From Octopus vulgaris (lineage: Eukaryota), in NCBI GenBank assembly GCA_951406725.2, contig OX597822.1:95790001-95854000 (forward strand): 64,000 nucleotides of DNA, in the 5' to 3' direction. A model generated the notes under the pieces. The model made no database searches. It worked only from the letters and a program-made list of their open reading frames with translations, and had not been told where the DNA came from. The position numbers and the translations under genes were made by a program. How positions within the stretch are numbered: position 1 is the stretch's first letter; each line of letters starts with the position of its first letter. This document shows positions 1 to 13,134 of the stretch, in pieces.

Positions 1-46
<46 letters not shown>
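1..46. repeat. (CA)n microsatellite
   Basis: Pure AC run at the window start. Confidence 0.95.
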
Positions 47-49
<3 letters not shown>

Positions 50-266
50 TGATGTTCCAAAAACTTAACAGAAACACAGTAAACGGAAAATCCACATATA
101 AGGTGTAGCTAATTCCACGTCAGTCAACGTCTTTAACGATGATATTGTTCTCTATTTGTGGTGCCAGCAGCAAGAAGCCACTGGGAAAAGCTAATGAACG
201 TACAAGGTACTGACTAAACACGACAAAAAGTGGTTATCCGAACAAAATAAAATAATCATATATATA

Positions 267-668
267 GGCGCAGGAGTGGCTGTGTGGTAAGTAGCTTGTT
301 TACCAACCACATGGTTCCGGGTTCAGTCCCACTGCGTGGCATCTTGGGCAAGTGTCTTCTACTATAGCCTCGGGCCGACCAATGCTTTGTGAGTGGATTT
401 GGTAGACGGAAACTGAAGGAAGCCCGTCGTATATATGTATATATATATATGTATGTGTGTGTATATGTTTGTGTGTCTGTGTTTGTCCCCCTAGCATTGC
501 TTGACAACCGATGCTGGTGTGTTTACGTCCCCGTCACTTAGCGGTTCGGCAAAAGAGACCGATAGAATCAGTACTGGGCTTACAAAGAATAAGTCCCGGA
601 GTCGATTTGCTCGACTAAAGGCGGTGCTCCAGCATGGCCGCAGTCAAATGACTGAAACAAGTAAAAAA
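267..668 (+). mobile_element. tRNA-derived SINE family A, full length
   Basis: Head GGCGCAGGAGTGGCTGTGTGG (A box) and GGTTCAGTCCC (B-box-like), internal (TA)/(TG) tract, tail ...CAAATGACTGAAACAAGTAAAA. Near-identical copies recur across the window. Confidence 0.9.
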
Positions 669-1164
669 TAAAAAAAATTTTTAAAAATACAACAAAAACA
701 ATAATAAAAAGGCAATTCGGCCGCAAGGCGAGCAAATATGGAGTAGCACAAAGGAAAATGTCCTGTAAGACTGGAAACGAGAAAGGAAAAGACAGAAATT
801 CAGAATGAAAGGTGAAGAAAACAGACCGTGTAAAAAAAAAAAGAGAGAGAGAAAGAGCAGAGAAAAGCGTGACTGATTAAGTGAAAGGTGAGGCGAAAAG
901 GGGATATGGACGAGAGAGAAGTGAGCGGTCACAGGTCACATGGTAGGGGAGGAGAGAAAACGAGTGGCAGAGTGAAAGAAACAACACAGAGTATAATGAT
1001 AGAGAAGGAAAAATAAAAGGAAGAAGGATAAAGAGAGACAAAGAAAGAGAAAAGAGACAGAAATAGACGTCGTACGAAAAAATATTCTACTGAAAATTCT
1101 ACAGAACGAGTAAAGAATATGAAAGTGCGTTGCGTCACACACACATACACACACATATACATAT

Positions 1165-1208
<44 letters not shown>

Positions 1209-1210
<2 letters not shown>

Positions 1211-2258
1211 TTTTAAATTAATAAATAAACACTTCGATAAACTGAGATGTGTTTTCTCTTCGAACGCATCACCGGCGCAACAACAACAACAACAACCTCA
1301 ACAACAACAAACTCAGCGGCAACAACAACAACAACAGCTACAGCAACAACAACAACAGCTACAGCAACAACAACAACTTCAGCAGCAACAACCTCAGAGG
1401 CAACAACAACAACCTCAACAACAACAACAGGATGAACCACTCCTTGATTCATCTACAATGGCCGATTTGCTAAATGAAACGATTGACCCCCAGTCATCAG
1501 GGTCACACAGCAGGAAGCACCACCCCTTCCTTTCACTGCCCCAGCAGCTCAATCATCATCATTGTCAACACCATCTCCTCTGCTTACTACTACTAGTACT
1601 ACTCCCACTATATATCGACAAACATCTTTGTCTTGGAATCGACCTCCTCAATCATTACCACTGTCAACATCTCTTCTACCTACTACTACTACTACTACAG
1701 CTACTACTACTAATGCTATCTCAAGGAATTTACCTCCTACAGGTCACAAAGGTCGCCAAAACTTCAACAAACTATCATCTACACCTTTCACAGCTCACAC
1801 ACACACACGCACCTACAAACCCACTCGAAACCCCATCATTTGCCGATATTCTCTTCGCCATAGACTGTGCACTGATAGAGACTGCAAATTCACCCATTTA
1901 CCTGGAACAAAACGCTCTATCCCCACAAACTACAACAGCAACCACCATAATACAACATCACCACAACCACCAATATCTCAAACAAGGAATCCCCAAATCT
2001 GCCGCTATTCCCAGCGAGACAGATTGTTTGCACAGGGATTGCCCCTTTACCCATCTCCCGGGGACTCGTCGGACATTTAAAGATAACCACTCACATAAAA
2101 ATAGCCGCGGCCACAGTCACCTGCGGTTCCCTAGACAGGAAACCACCTCTTCTTCCTCTTTTTTAGCTATAATGAATCTAGCAAAAGAACTGGAAAAAAA
2201 CATCCGAGCTATCACCCACCGCCATCCACCATTATTACCCCACTACACATGCCATTAA
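1209..2258 (+). pseudogene. LINE ORF1 with polyQ/Thr-rich region and two CCCH zinc fingers, two compensating frameshifts
   Basis: CRYSLRHRLCTDRDCKFTH lies in the 1562 frame. A second copy, CRYSQRDRL/CLHRDCPFTH, is split by a frameshift near 2025. Another frameshift falls in the C-run at 1487-1491. The start is uncertain (ATG at 1458 or 5'-truncated). Confidence 0.7.
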
Positions 2259-2327
2259 AAAGCAATCAAATAAACAAATCACCAAAACAATTAAAACCAT
2301 CCACTCTCGCCTCAACATTTCTGCTTA

Positions 2328-5267
2328 ATGACAAAAGGCATCAGCCCTTCCACCAATACACAAAAATGGAAGATAAGATTCCTGGAGGACTGGGTCGAGG
2401 CCCATCCAAACCACATCCCTTTCTTCGTCCTCACTGAAACCCATCTTAGTGACCTCCACTTGGAAGCCGAGGTGAAAGTTAAAAATTTCAAAACCATTCG
2501 TGCTGATCGTGTTGGCAGAAGAAAGGGTGGGACTGCCATTTATGTCCATGATTCATTCTCAACAGAAGCCATGAACATATTTTCGAATGGATACTGCGAA
2601 GCAGTCGCTGTATTCAGTCAAACCAACAACTTAACAGTAGTTGGGCTCTACAGACCACCCCAAACGCCCCTACCATGCTTCAAGGAATGCCTCAACAGCA
2701 TAAAGTGTTTCATTCAGCAGTGTCAACCTGACAACATTTTAATGATGGGAGATTTCAACCTTCCCGGGGTTGACTGGTCTACAAACAGTCTGCCGCCAGG
2801 TTCTTCTCTCTCAACCCCTGACAGGGAGGCAGTGGAATCGCTTCTTGACTTCATGGATGACTTCTTCTTGTCCCAACTGGTACTCGAACCAACGAGATGT
2901 CGCAAAAACGTCTTAGACTTAATTTTCAGCAATCACACTGATACTATCCACAATATTGCAGTGGAGAAAACCCTACTCTCCGACCATGACATGGTTCTCT
3001 GTGATCTGAGATTTCACTGGCCAAAATGCAAAACAAATGTCATCCCTCCTGTTCATCCATTTGACACTATGGATTTCCACAATGCAAACTGGGAAGCGAT
3101 CAATAATGATCTTGCACAAGTCGATTGGTCCTTCACGCACACATACACACCCACTAACATCAAAAAGTCCTGGCAGTCACTTGTAGACACCATCACGAAC
3201 ATATGTGCAAGACACACCCCATTAAGATCTGCAAACAAATCTAAGTGTCGAATCCCTAGAAATAGAAAATCTCTCATAAGGAAAATTAAAAGAATCAACA
3301 AAAAGATCAACATGCTGAAATACTGTCAACAGCAACACACCAACCTGACTGCCATCTCGTCGCTAGAGATTAAAAAACATAAACTCCAAAACAACATGAT
3401 GTCTATCATCAATAGTCAGCGAAGAGCTGAAGAGGCCTGGGCCATTGAGAAGATCAAACTCAATCCCAAAGTGTTCTTTTCATTTGCAAAAAAACACAGA
3501 GTCACTGGTTCTACTGTTGGCCCTCTGATTGATGAAAATGGTATTCTTCAAGACAATGCCAAAACCATGGGAGAAATATTGCAGAAACAATATTGCTCTG
3601 TTTTCAGCAATCCTGATATGACTGATCTGGGCTGTATCAGTGATGTTACTCCCCAATACACTTTATCGGACATAACATTTGGCGCTCCTGATGTCTTAGC
3701 AGCAATAAAGGAAATGAAGCATAATTCAGCAGTAGGTCCCGATAGGTTCCCTGCTTGTGTCTTGAAGATGTGTCAAAACCAACTTGCACCCCCTCTAGCC
3801 AATCTGTGGCGGAACTCATTGGATGCTGGATATATACCAGAAGACCTTCTATCCCAGTCTGTTGTCCCAGTTTTCAAAAAAGGAAACAAATCGCTTGCCG
3901 TGAATTACCGTCCAATCTCACTCACCTCTCATATCATCAAGGTATTTGAGAGGGTGCTGAGATCGCGTATGACTCACTTCCTTGAGAGTCATAATATGCT
4001 GAACCCCAACCAGCATGGATTCCGTAATGGGAGAGATTGCCTGACGCAGCTACTGCATCATTTTGATGACATTTTGAGAGCCTTGGGAGAGGGTTCCAAC
4101 ACTGATGTCATCTACCTTGATTTCAGCAAGGCCTTTGACAGGGTTGATCATAAGATCCTTCTGAGAAAGCTGTCCAATATTGGTGTCACTGGAAAGCTGC
4201 TGCAATGGATCAAGTGCTTCCTCTCTAACAGAACCCAACATGTTGTAGTCGAAGGAGTCAAATCCAGCCCAGCCAAAGTCAGCAGTGGTGTCCCACAAGG
4301 CACTGTGTTGGGCCCACTTCTCTTCATCATCTACATAAATGATATTACTGACACCATCAAACACAGCAACATCAGAACCTTCGCTGATGATTCCAAGCTC
4401 CAGAAGGTCATCAATGGCGTGGATGACCGAATAAACCTTCAGTCAGACCTACTGGCTGTTGTCCAATGGGCGGAAAAGAATAACATGTTGCTAAATGAAG
4501 ACAAATTCGAACTGATCCACTTTGGAAGAGAGGACGCTCTGAAACTCCCATACTCTCTTCCTTCTGGAGAAATTCTCATGGCATCCAACAACATCAGAGA
4601 CCTGGGAGTAACAGTGGACAACAACATAAGCTGGGCTACACATATAAGCAGCAAAGTTGACATGGCCCGCAGAATGTGTTCCTGGATTCTCAGAACCTTC
4701 CAGTCGAGAGATTCCCACGCTATTATCCTTCTCTTCTCCACTTTTGCCCGACCCCACCTTGAATACTGCTGTCCACTGTGGTCTCCCTACACAAAACAAA
4801 ATATTATGAGAATTGAAGCTCCCCAAAGGTCAATCACAAAAAAGATAGATGGCATGTCAGACCTTGACTACTGGGGTAGACTAGAGAAGCTGAAATTGTA
4901 TTCACTCCAACGACGCCGTGAACGCTACATTATCTGTATGATGTGGAAAATATTCCATCAGCACTGTCCGAATGATGTTGGCATCACCTTCAAAATGCAT
5001 CCAAGGCTTGGACCACGTGCCATCCGTCCACAACAAAAATCTAAATCGCATCACATAACGACAATACGGCACAACTATTTCACCTCAATTGGACCTGCTC
5101 TCTTCAACATTACACCAGGACACGTCAAAAAAGAAACTGACCACACAAAATTCAAGAAGTCTTTGGACAAATTCCTTCAAACAGTACCGGACAAACCATC
5201 CACACCCGGATATGTCTCCGCAAACAATAACTCTCTGCTCGAATGGGCCTTGGTGCCCAAATCCTGA
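2328..5267 (+). CDS. LINE ORF2: AP endonuclease + reverse transcriptase (979 aa, intact)
   Basis: APE motifs LTETHL, GLYRPP, MGDFNLP, LDLIF, SDHD. RT motifs NYRPISLTS, YLDFSKAFDRV, GVPQGTVLGP, FADD. CR1-type C-terminus YSLQRRRERY. Confidence 0.95.
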   Translation: MTKGISPSTNTQKWKIRFLEDWVEAHPNHIPFFVLTETHLSDLHLEAEVKVKNFKTIRADRVGRRKGGTAIYVHDSFSTEAMNIFSNGYCEAVAVFSQTNNLTVVGLYRPPQTPLPCFKECLNSIKCFIQQCQPDNILMMGDFNLPGVDWSTNSLPPGSSLSTPDREAVESLLDFMDDFFLSQLVLEPTRCRKNVLDLIFSNHTDTIHNIAVEKTLLSDHDMVLCDLRFHWPKCKTNVIPPVHPFDTMDFHNANWEAINNDLAQVDWSFTHTYTPTNIKKSWQSLVDTITNICARHTPLRSANKSKCRIPRNRKSLIRKIKRINKKINMLKYCQQQHTNLTAISSLEIKKHKLQNNMMSIINSQRRAEEAWAIEKIKLNPKVFFSFAKKHRVTGSTVGPLIDENGILQDNAKTMGEILQKQYCSVFSNPDMTDLGCISDVTPQYTLSDITFGAPDVLAAIKEMKHNSAVGPDRFPACVLKMCQNQLAPPLANLWRNSLDAGYIPEDLLSQSVVPVFKKGNKSLAVNYRPISLTSHIIKVFERVLRSRMTHFLESHNMLNPNQHGFRNGRDCLTQLLHHFDDILRALGEGSNTDVIYLDFSKAFDRVDHKILLRKLSNIGVTGKLLQWIKCFLSNRTQHVVVEGVKSSPAKVSSGVPQGTVLGPLLFIIYINDITDTIKHSNIRTFADDSKLQKVINGVDDRINLQSDLLAVVQWAEKNNMLLNEDKFELIHFGREDALKLPYSLPSGEILMASNNIRDLGVTVDNNISWATHISSKVDMARRMCSWILRTFQSRDSHAIILLFSTFARPHLEYCCPLWSPYTKQNIMRIEAPQRSITKKIDGMSDLDYWGRLEKLKLYSLQRRRERYIICMMWKIFHQHCPNDVGITFKMHPRLGPRAIRPQQKSKSHHITTIRHNYFTSIGPALFNITPGHVKKETDHTKFKKSLDKFLQTVPDKPSTPGYVSANNNSLLEWALVPKS

Positions 5268-5352
5268 ACTGAAAGACTTCGCCAGGTGGTGCTATTAAGT
5301 TAGACATGGCCTGGGCCAATACTGGCCAAAAACCTTTCTAAGTTATTCTAAG

Positions 5353-6136
<784 letters not shown>

Positions 6137-6238
6137 GTAGAAAGGGCAGGCAACAGGTTGCTTAGCCGCATACCGAAAATATTAGAAATAGCAGTCCACT
6201 ATTTTTGAAAACCATCGAAGAAATTATTTACTCCTATT

Positions 6239-6332
<94 letters not shown>

Positions 6333-6355
6333 TGTATGTATATACATATATATAA

Positions 6356-6450
6356 AGGCGCAACGGCCCAGTGGTTAGGACAGCGAACTCGCAGTTGTGG
6401 GATCGCTGTTTCGATTCCCAGACCGGGCGTTGTGAGTGTTTATTGAGCGT
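6356..6450 (+). mobile_element. SINE family C head fragment
   Basis: GGCGCAACGGCCCAGTGGTTAGG...TTCGATTCCCAGACCGGGCG, matching the copy at 62398. Confidence 0.8.
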
Positions 6451-6464
6451 GCACACATCTTTTA

Positions 6465-6862
6465 TCATTTGCTTGTCATTAGACTGCGACCATGCTAGGG
6501 TGCAGCTTTCAGGAACTTTTAGCCAAGTGTATCGAACCCAGTACTGACTTTATTAAAGCCTGGTACTTATTCTATCGGTCTCTTGTGCCGAACTGCTAGA
6601 TACTGGGACGTAAACACACCAACTCCGGTTGTCAAGCGGTGGTGGGGGACAAACACAGACACAAAGGCAGGCACACACACATAGACATATACATACATAT
6701 ATACGACGAGCATCTTTCAGTTTCCATCTACCAAATCCACTGACAAGGCTTTGGTTGACCCGAGATTATAGTAGAAGACAAATGCCCAAGATGCCACGCA
6801 GTGAGACTGAACTGCGAACCATGTGGTTGCGAAGCAAAATTCTTACCACACAACCACGCCTA
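6465..6862 (-). mobile_element. SINE family A, diverged
   Basis: Reverse-complement similarity to 267-668. Confidence 0.8.
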
Positions 6863-7127
6863 TGGCTACATACATGCATATGTGTGTGTGTAGTGTGTAT
6901 GTGTGCGTACGTATGCGCGTGTGCGTGTGTATAAAATACGGGTACGGGTACAGCTATGACAAATAGAACTCAATACTCTGCAGAGAATAATATTTATTCC
7001 GGAAATTGGCAAGATGAACAAATACCAGTGATTGATGTCTGATCTATCGAATCTTCGGAACAAATATGTACTTTGTGAGCTCCGAGGTAAAATTATAAAA
7101 TGTTAATCTTCTGAGGAAAATAAAGTA

Positions 7128-7349
7128 GCTGGCAGAAACGTTAGCACGCCGGGCGAAATGCTTAGCGGTATTTCGTCTGCGTTACGTTGTGAGTTCAAAT
7201 TCCGCCGAGGTCGACTTTGCCTTTCATCCTTTCGGGGTCGATAAATTAAGTACCAGTTACGCACTGGGGTCGATGTAATCAACTTAATACCTATGTCTGT
7301 CCTTGTTTGTCCCCTCTATGTTTAGCCCCTTGTGGGTAATAAAGAAATA
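7128..7349 (+). mobile_element. SINE family B (tRNA head + Nin/Deu-like core + Tx1-like tail)
   Basis: GCTGGCAGAAACGTTAG, B box GAGTTCAAATTCC, core GCCTTTCATCCTTTCGGGGTCGATAAA, tail TGTCTGTCCTTGTTTGTCCCCT...GAAATA. Confidence 0.9.
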
Positions 7350-7739
7350 GTTATAATTAAAATAGTGTGATACAAGTATGGTGCGGTTGAAATAGAGTTA
7401 ATAATTGGCTGGGGTTGGCAAGGGTGAATCACACTATTAGAACCACAACCTGTTATATTTTCCAGAGAAGGTTTCATTTCTCATATATTCATTACAAGAC
7501 TCATAAAGCATTCACTCCGTGTGACGACTTTATGAAATATTACAAATGTCGTAAAATGCATGGATCGAATATAATTAGAAATAATTATTTCAGAAGAGAT
7601 CGACTTGTGTAAACAATATTAGTAACTTGAAAGCTTTTGAAATTGATAAATCTATCAAATATATATGGGTTATGTAAACACGTACACTTCTCAGGAAATA
7701 TAACAAAATACTTCTCAAAAGTCTGGTAGCTATTCCAGA

Positions 7740-8260
7740 TTGTGAGCTGAGTTTACATAATGCACAACGTTGGTCTATCTCAAATAAACATTCCCAAATG
7801 ATGAAATACCTGTTTCAAAGAGCTGGGTGATCTGAAATAGTGTAGAAACTTGGTTCCTATCACAGACAATATTTCCAGATGATGAGACCTTTTCCTGATA
7901 GTAAAGTGAAGTGAGACAATGTAGCAAGCTAGGCTATCAAAAGTAACATTTCTAGATGATGAGACCTTTTCCTGATAGTAAAGTGAAGAGAGACAATGTA
8001 GCAAGCTAGGCTATCAAAAGTAACATTTCTAGATGATGTACCTAGCTTTGAGTGCTAGGTGGACTGAAACAACGTAGATTGTTGCTGTGTCAGGTAAATC
8101 TCTTGGGTAATATAATATCTTTTCTGAGAGCTGGGTGCCCTGAGGCTTCTGTATGTAGGTCGATTCAGGTAGCATTTCCATAAGATCTGCTTCCAGTTAC
8201 TTACAACTAGGTAAACTGAGACAGTGTAGAACGCTGGTCTATCGCAAATATAATTGGTCT
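7740..8260. repeat. Degenerate ~77-bp tandem array with one near-perfect duplication
   Basis: 7876-7952 is repeated at 7953-8038. CTRGGT..CTGARACA.TGTAG-like words recur about every 77 bp. Confidence 0.6.
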
Positions 8261-8557
8261 TAGAGAATTCCTTTGTGAAATTCGCTCTTCAGCCGGTCAT
8301 CTCAATCTATGTATCACCTTTCCGGTGATTTTTCGTAGATCTTCCTGAGATCACTAGGCTAAAGCAGAAAAGGAATATAATATCATCTGCATAACAACTG
8401 GTGTTATTGAAGGTCACAGCTTGTAGAACGATGATATACAGAGGCAAGGCATCGGGGGAAAAAAATAAAGATCAATTGACAGATTGTCATAAAATAATTT
8501 ACCTCTACACTCCTAACTCTAGACCACACACACATGTTCTCTCTCTGCTTTTCGACT

Positions 8558-8670
8558 GCAGGACTTTGGTCAGCCAGGGGTATTAGAAGAAGACACTTTC
8601 CCAAGGTACTCACTCAGTGGGACTAAACCTGGAACCTAGTTGGGATGCAAACTACTTACCACATAACCAT
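8558..8670 (-). mobile_element. SINE family A head fragment
   Basis: AGAAGACACTTTCCCAAGG...CTTACCACA. Confidence 0.6.
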
Positions 8671-9099
8671 CAATATACGACATTTATAGAGAACTTTCGA
8701 TCGCATGTCTCACACTTCTCAAAGGGCCTGTAAAAGCTACGAAAAAAGCCCTTCCTCATTACTGCTGCAAATGAATAGATAAATAAATTAATGAATGAAA
8801 TTTACGAGGAAATATCCTGTCTTTCGAATTTTGATATTCCGTTTGATATTCTATATATATTTTTGTTTATATTTTGTCGAGTGTTTTTCGGTTGGTGTTT
8901 TTCTTTTTTCGTTCACTTTCTTCCCTTTTCTTTTGCATTGGAAATCTAATCAACAAGTGTGTTAAATTGGATCCTTAAAGATGCCTTTAGGCCTACAACT
9001 CTTTACATTTTGAAGAAATAAATCCAAAACAAAAATAAATTTTAAATTGAATATTTAAATATTTAATGAACACCCTAATTTTACAGAAAAAGAAAGCAA

Positions 9100-9604
9100 A
9101 GGAGACGATGATGATGACGATGAAGGAGAAGATGAAGAAAAAGATGAAGAAGAAGAAGATGAAGAAGATGAAGAAGAGGGTGGAGTAAGAAGAGGAGGAG
9201 AGACTGGAGGAGAGGAAAGAAGAAAGAGAAGATAGAAGAGGAAGAGAAGGTGGAAGAAGAAGAGGAGGGGAGGAGGAAGAGTAGGAGAGGAGGAGGGGAA
9301 GTAAGAAAAAGAAGAAGATGAAGAAGAAGATGAAGAAGAGGGTGGAGTGAGGAGAGAAGGAGAGACGGGAGGAGAGGAAAGAAGAAAGAGAAGATAGAAG
9401 AGGAAGAGAAGGTGGAAGAAGAAGAGGAGGGGAGGAGGAAGAGTAGGAGAGGAGGAGGGGAAGTAAGAAAAAGAAGAAGATGAAGAAGAAGATGAGAAGA
9501 GGGTGGAGTGAGAAGAGGAGGAGAGACGGGAGGAGAAGAAAGAAGAACGAGAAGATAGAAGAGGAAGAGAAGGTGGAAGAAAAGGAGGAGGGGAGGAGAA
9601 CGAG

Positions 9605-9666
<62 letters not shown>

Positions 9667-9856
9667 AGAAGAAGAAGAAGAAGAAGAAGAAGAAGAAGAA
9701 GAAGAAGAAGAAGAAGAAGAAGAAGAAGAAGAAGAAGAAGAAGAAGAAGAAGAAGAAGAAGAAGAAGAAGAAGAAGAAGAAGAAGAAGAAGAAGAAGAAG
9801 AAGAAGAAGAAGAAGAAGAAGAAGAAGAAGAAGAAGAAGAAGAAGAAGAAGAAGAA
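9100..9856. repeat. Polypurine tract: three ~160-bp GA-rich units followed by (GAA)n
   Basis: Units at about 9140, 9305 and 9466. Pure GAA from ~9610 to 9856. Confidence 0.9.
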
Positions 9857-10370
9857 GCCACGAAGTTTTAAGATAAGCTAAAAACGTAGCGAAAACTCAA
9901 AATCGACATAAAACACCACCAAAAAGAATTAAATTTGCTGAATAAATGGAATATATTAAACAACACTGAAAGATTGTGACAAGCAAAAGAATAGATAAGC
10001 ACGAGAAAACGCCAATTCTGTTTATTACACACATTTCCGTGGGTCGCCTGTACGAGAGTTCGAAAGGATATCTGCGTTAGGAATCATATTAAACCTATAA
10101 CCTGAAGAGATAAGCATCTGGATTCTCAATGAAATATTCATATCACTAAGAGGTGATGGAGTGGTGGCACCGAGTAAGATCGTAAAGGATTTCATAAATA
10201 GGCCATTAAGTTCGACTTTACAGAAATGCAGCAAATGTTGTTTTGAGTATGTTCATTGCAAAGCAAGGATCAGATATGAAGATAAATTATATATATGTGT
10301 GTGTACGCGTGTGTGTGTGTGTGACTGTGTGTATGTATGTGCTTATATATATATATATATATGTATGTGC

Positions 10371-10401
<31 letters not shown>

Positions 10402-10442
10402 CTTGTGCAGAGTCGCTCAAACTTTTATAAGGAGCGGGTTAC

Positions 10443-10600
10443 ACCGGTGTAAACACATAAATGTGAAACAAGGTGGAAAAAAGAGTACTCAAATACCAGT
10501 GGTAGAGTAATATGCTTTATTTAAAAGCAGCAGAAAATTCAACTGGTATTTGAGTACTCTTTTTTTCCACCTTGTTTCACATTTATGTGTTTACTCCGGT
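10443..10600. repeat. Inverted repeat, ~58-bp arms
   Basis: ACCGGTGTAAACACATAAATGTGAAACAAGG...ATACCAGT is mirrored at 10542-10600. Confidence 0.9.
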
Positions 10601-10606
10601 ATATAT

Positions 10607-10638
<32 letters not shown>

Positions 10639-10704
10639 GTATATGTGTGTGTGTGTGTGTGTTTATGTATGTATAAACATTTATGTATCTCTCTTTCTCT
10701 TTTC

Positions 10705-11098
10705 TCTTTTACTTGTTTCAGTCATTTGACTGCGCCATGCTGGAGCACCGCCTTTAATCGAGCAACTCGACCCCGGGACTTATTCTTTGTAAGCCCAGTA
10801 CTTATTCTATCGGTCTCTTTTTGCCGAACCGCTAAGTGACGGGGACGTAAACACACCAGCATCGGTTGTCAAGCGATGCTGGGGGACAAACACAGACACA
10901 CAAACACACACACATATATATATATACATATATACGACAGGCTTCTTTCAGTTTCCGTCTACCAAATCCACTCACAAGGCATTGGTCGGCCCGGGGCTAT
11001 AGCAGAAGACACTTACCCAAGATGCCACGCAGTGGGACTGAACCCGGAACCATGTGGTTGGTTAGCAAGCTACTTACCACACAGCCACTCCCGCGCCT
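10705..11098 (-). mobile_element. SINE family A, full length (extra tail fragment at 11125-11190)
   Basis: Reverse complement of 267-668. Confidence 0.9.
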
Positions 11099-11363
11099 AT
11101 ATATACCTATATATATTCTTTTATTCTTTTATTTGTTTCAGTCATTTGACTGCGGCCATGCTGGAGCACCGCCTTTAGTCGAACAAATCGGCCTCACTTA
11201 TTCTGAGGCTACGATTTATTGCAATACATTGGAACAGTCATCACCCACAATAGACGAACAACGTATTATAATGATGATGATGATGATGACGATCATGAGT
11301 GTGATGCGTAAGAAACAGCAGTCATTCATTTTAATTCTGTATACACACACACACACACACACA

Positions 11364-11397
<34 letters not shown>

Positions 11398-11659
11398 ATG
11401 TTATCTCCGCTTAAAGGTTTGTGGTCTATAAAATAATGCTGTTTTAACCCCAGGAGGACACCTCCTCCAGCTGGTTATTCAGTGCGATTCGCATTCGTTA
11501 TATATATATTGCAAGTGGGGAGAGAACTCCCTACTATCCTAACTCGGAGATCCCTATATCACGTGATTTCAATCTTATTTGATCATCCTCATTGCCGGAT
11601 GTGTATGAATGTGTATGAATGCACGCATACACATCAGCGCATGTATATATATATATATA

Positions 11660-11865
11660 TAATGCGTTCGCATTGTTTTAGCCTTCGAGCAGGCCAACAG
11701 AAGAAAGAGTGGTGAAAGAGTACAGCAGGGATCACCACCCCCTGCCAGAGCATCGTGGAGCTTTTAGGTGTTTTCGCTCAATAAACACTCACAACGCCCG
11801 GTCTGGGAATCGAAACCGCGATCCTGCGACCGCGAGTCCGCTGCCCTAACCACTAGGCCATTGCG

Positions 11866-11868
<3 letters not shown>
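11660..11868 (-). mobile_element. SINE family C, partial
   Basis: ...CGCTGCCCTAACCACTAGGCCATTGCGCCTC. Confidence 0.8.
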
Positions 11869-11964
<96 letters not shown>

Positions 11965-12254
11965 ATTAAGCTTCTAAATGTGAGAATGCAGAGATACACT
12001 TTTAGACTATACATCCTCCAATCAACGTTTTTTTTGTTGTTTTTTTGCTACATTCTTGTCAGCTTTGCTTTGGTTCAACTGCTATATTTAGCGACAGTGT
12101 TTTTCCTGATGAACTCATGAAAGAGAACCTTTTCATCAGTTATCAGATTTTATTAGTTATTTTAACATCATTGTGATGTTTGCAGCCTCGTCCTCCTTGA
12201 AAAAGTCATACACCTAGGCATAGCAGATATATTGTTTTCAATTCTGGGAAGGAG

Positions 12255-12402
12255 AAAGTCGATTGCATCAACCCTAGTGCTCGACTGGTACTCATTTTAT
12301 GGATCACGAAAGGATGAAAGACAAAGTCGACCTCGGCGAAATTTGAACTCAGAGCGCCAAGCATTTTGCTCGGCGTGCTAACGATACTGCGAACTCGCCG
12401 CC
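12255..12402 (-). mobile_element. SINE family B, diverged
   Basis: GAAAGGATGAAAGACAAAGTCGACCTCGGCG. Confidence 0.7.
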
Positions 12403-12667
12403 TTCGTGTTAGATATATATATATCATAACGAAACGTCCACTGACTTAACCGAGCTTCCCCCACACACACACACACACGCACGCACACACCAAAAATGGA
12501 TGTTGAAAAGTCGGCTGCCAAGAAAATATTGACTGAGGTACAAGAATATGGATTTGTAGGAGATGAATGGCAACCCCCAACCCCAAAACTGGAGCATAAC
12601 AATAGGGAACAAAAAACAATGGAATTATATCAATTCTGAGGCTACGATGTATTGTAATACATTGGAA

Positions 12668-13081
12668 GGCGTCGATCTGGCAGAAACGTTAGCGCGTCGG
12701 GCGAAATGCTTAGCGGTATTTCGTCTGCCATTACATTCTGAGTTCAAATTCCGCCGTGGTCGACTTTGCCTTTCATCCTTTCGGGGTCGATAAATTAAGT
12801 ACCAGTTACGCACTGGGGTCGATGTAATCGACTTAATACCTATGTCTGTCCTTGTTCGTCCCCTCTATGTTTAGCCCCTTGTGGGTAATAAAGAAATAGG
12901 TATTTCGTCTGCCATTACGTTCTGAGTTCAAATTCCGCCGTGGTCGACTTTGCCTTTCATCCTTTCGGGGTCGATAAATTAAGTACCAGTTACCCACTGG
13001 GGTCGATATAATCGACATAATCCGTCTGTCTGTCCTTGTTTGTCTCCTCTGTGTTTAGCCCCTTGTGGGTAGTAAAGGGAT
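12668..13081 (+). mobile_element. SINE family B head-to-tail dimer with 21-bp TSD
   Basis: TSD ATGTATTGTAATACATTGGAA at 12647-12667 and 13082-13102. The second unit starts at GTATTTCGTCTG (~12900). Confidence 0.9.
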
Positions 13082-13134
13082 ATGTATTGTAATACATTGG
13101 AACAGTCATCATCTACTGTCGACGGGCAACGTAT

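Noticed and set aside
256-507. Recurrent short ORF family (...RRHLPKMPRSGTEPGTMWLV...)
   Set aside because: It is the antisense translation of SINE A copies, not a gene family.
9055-9881. Poly-Ser and poly-Lys ORFs
   Set aside because: They come from the (GAA)n and GA-rich repeat, with no coding evidence.
12106-12140. CTGATGA...GAAA word
   Set aside because: No stem I/III or cleavage triplet; it is only a short inverted repeat.
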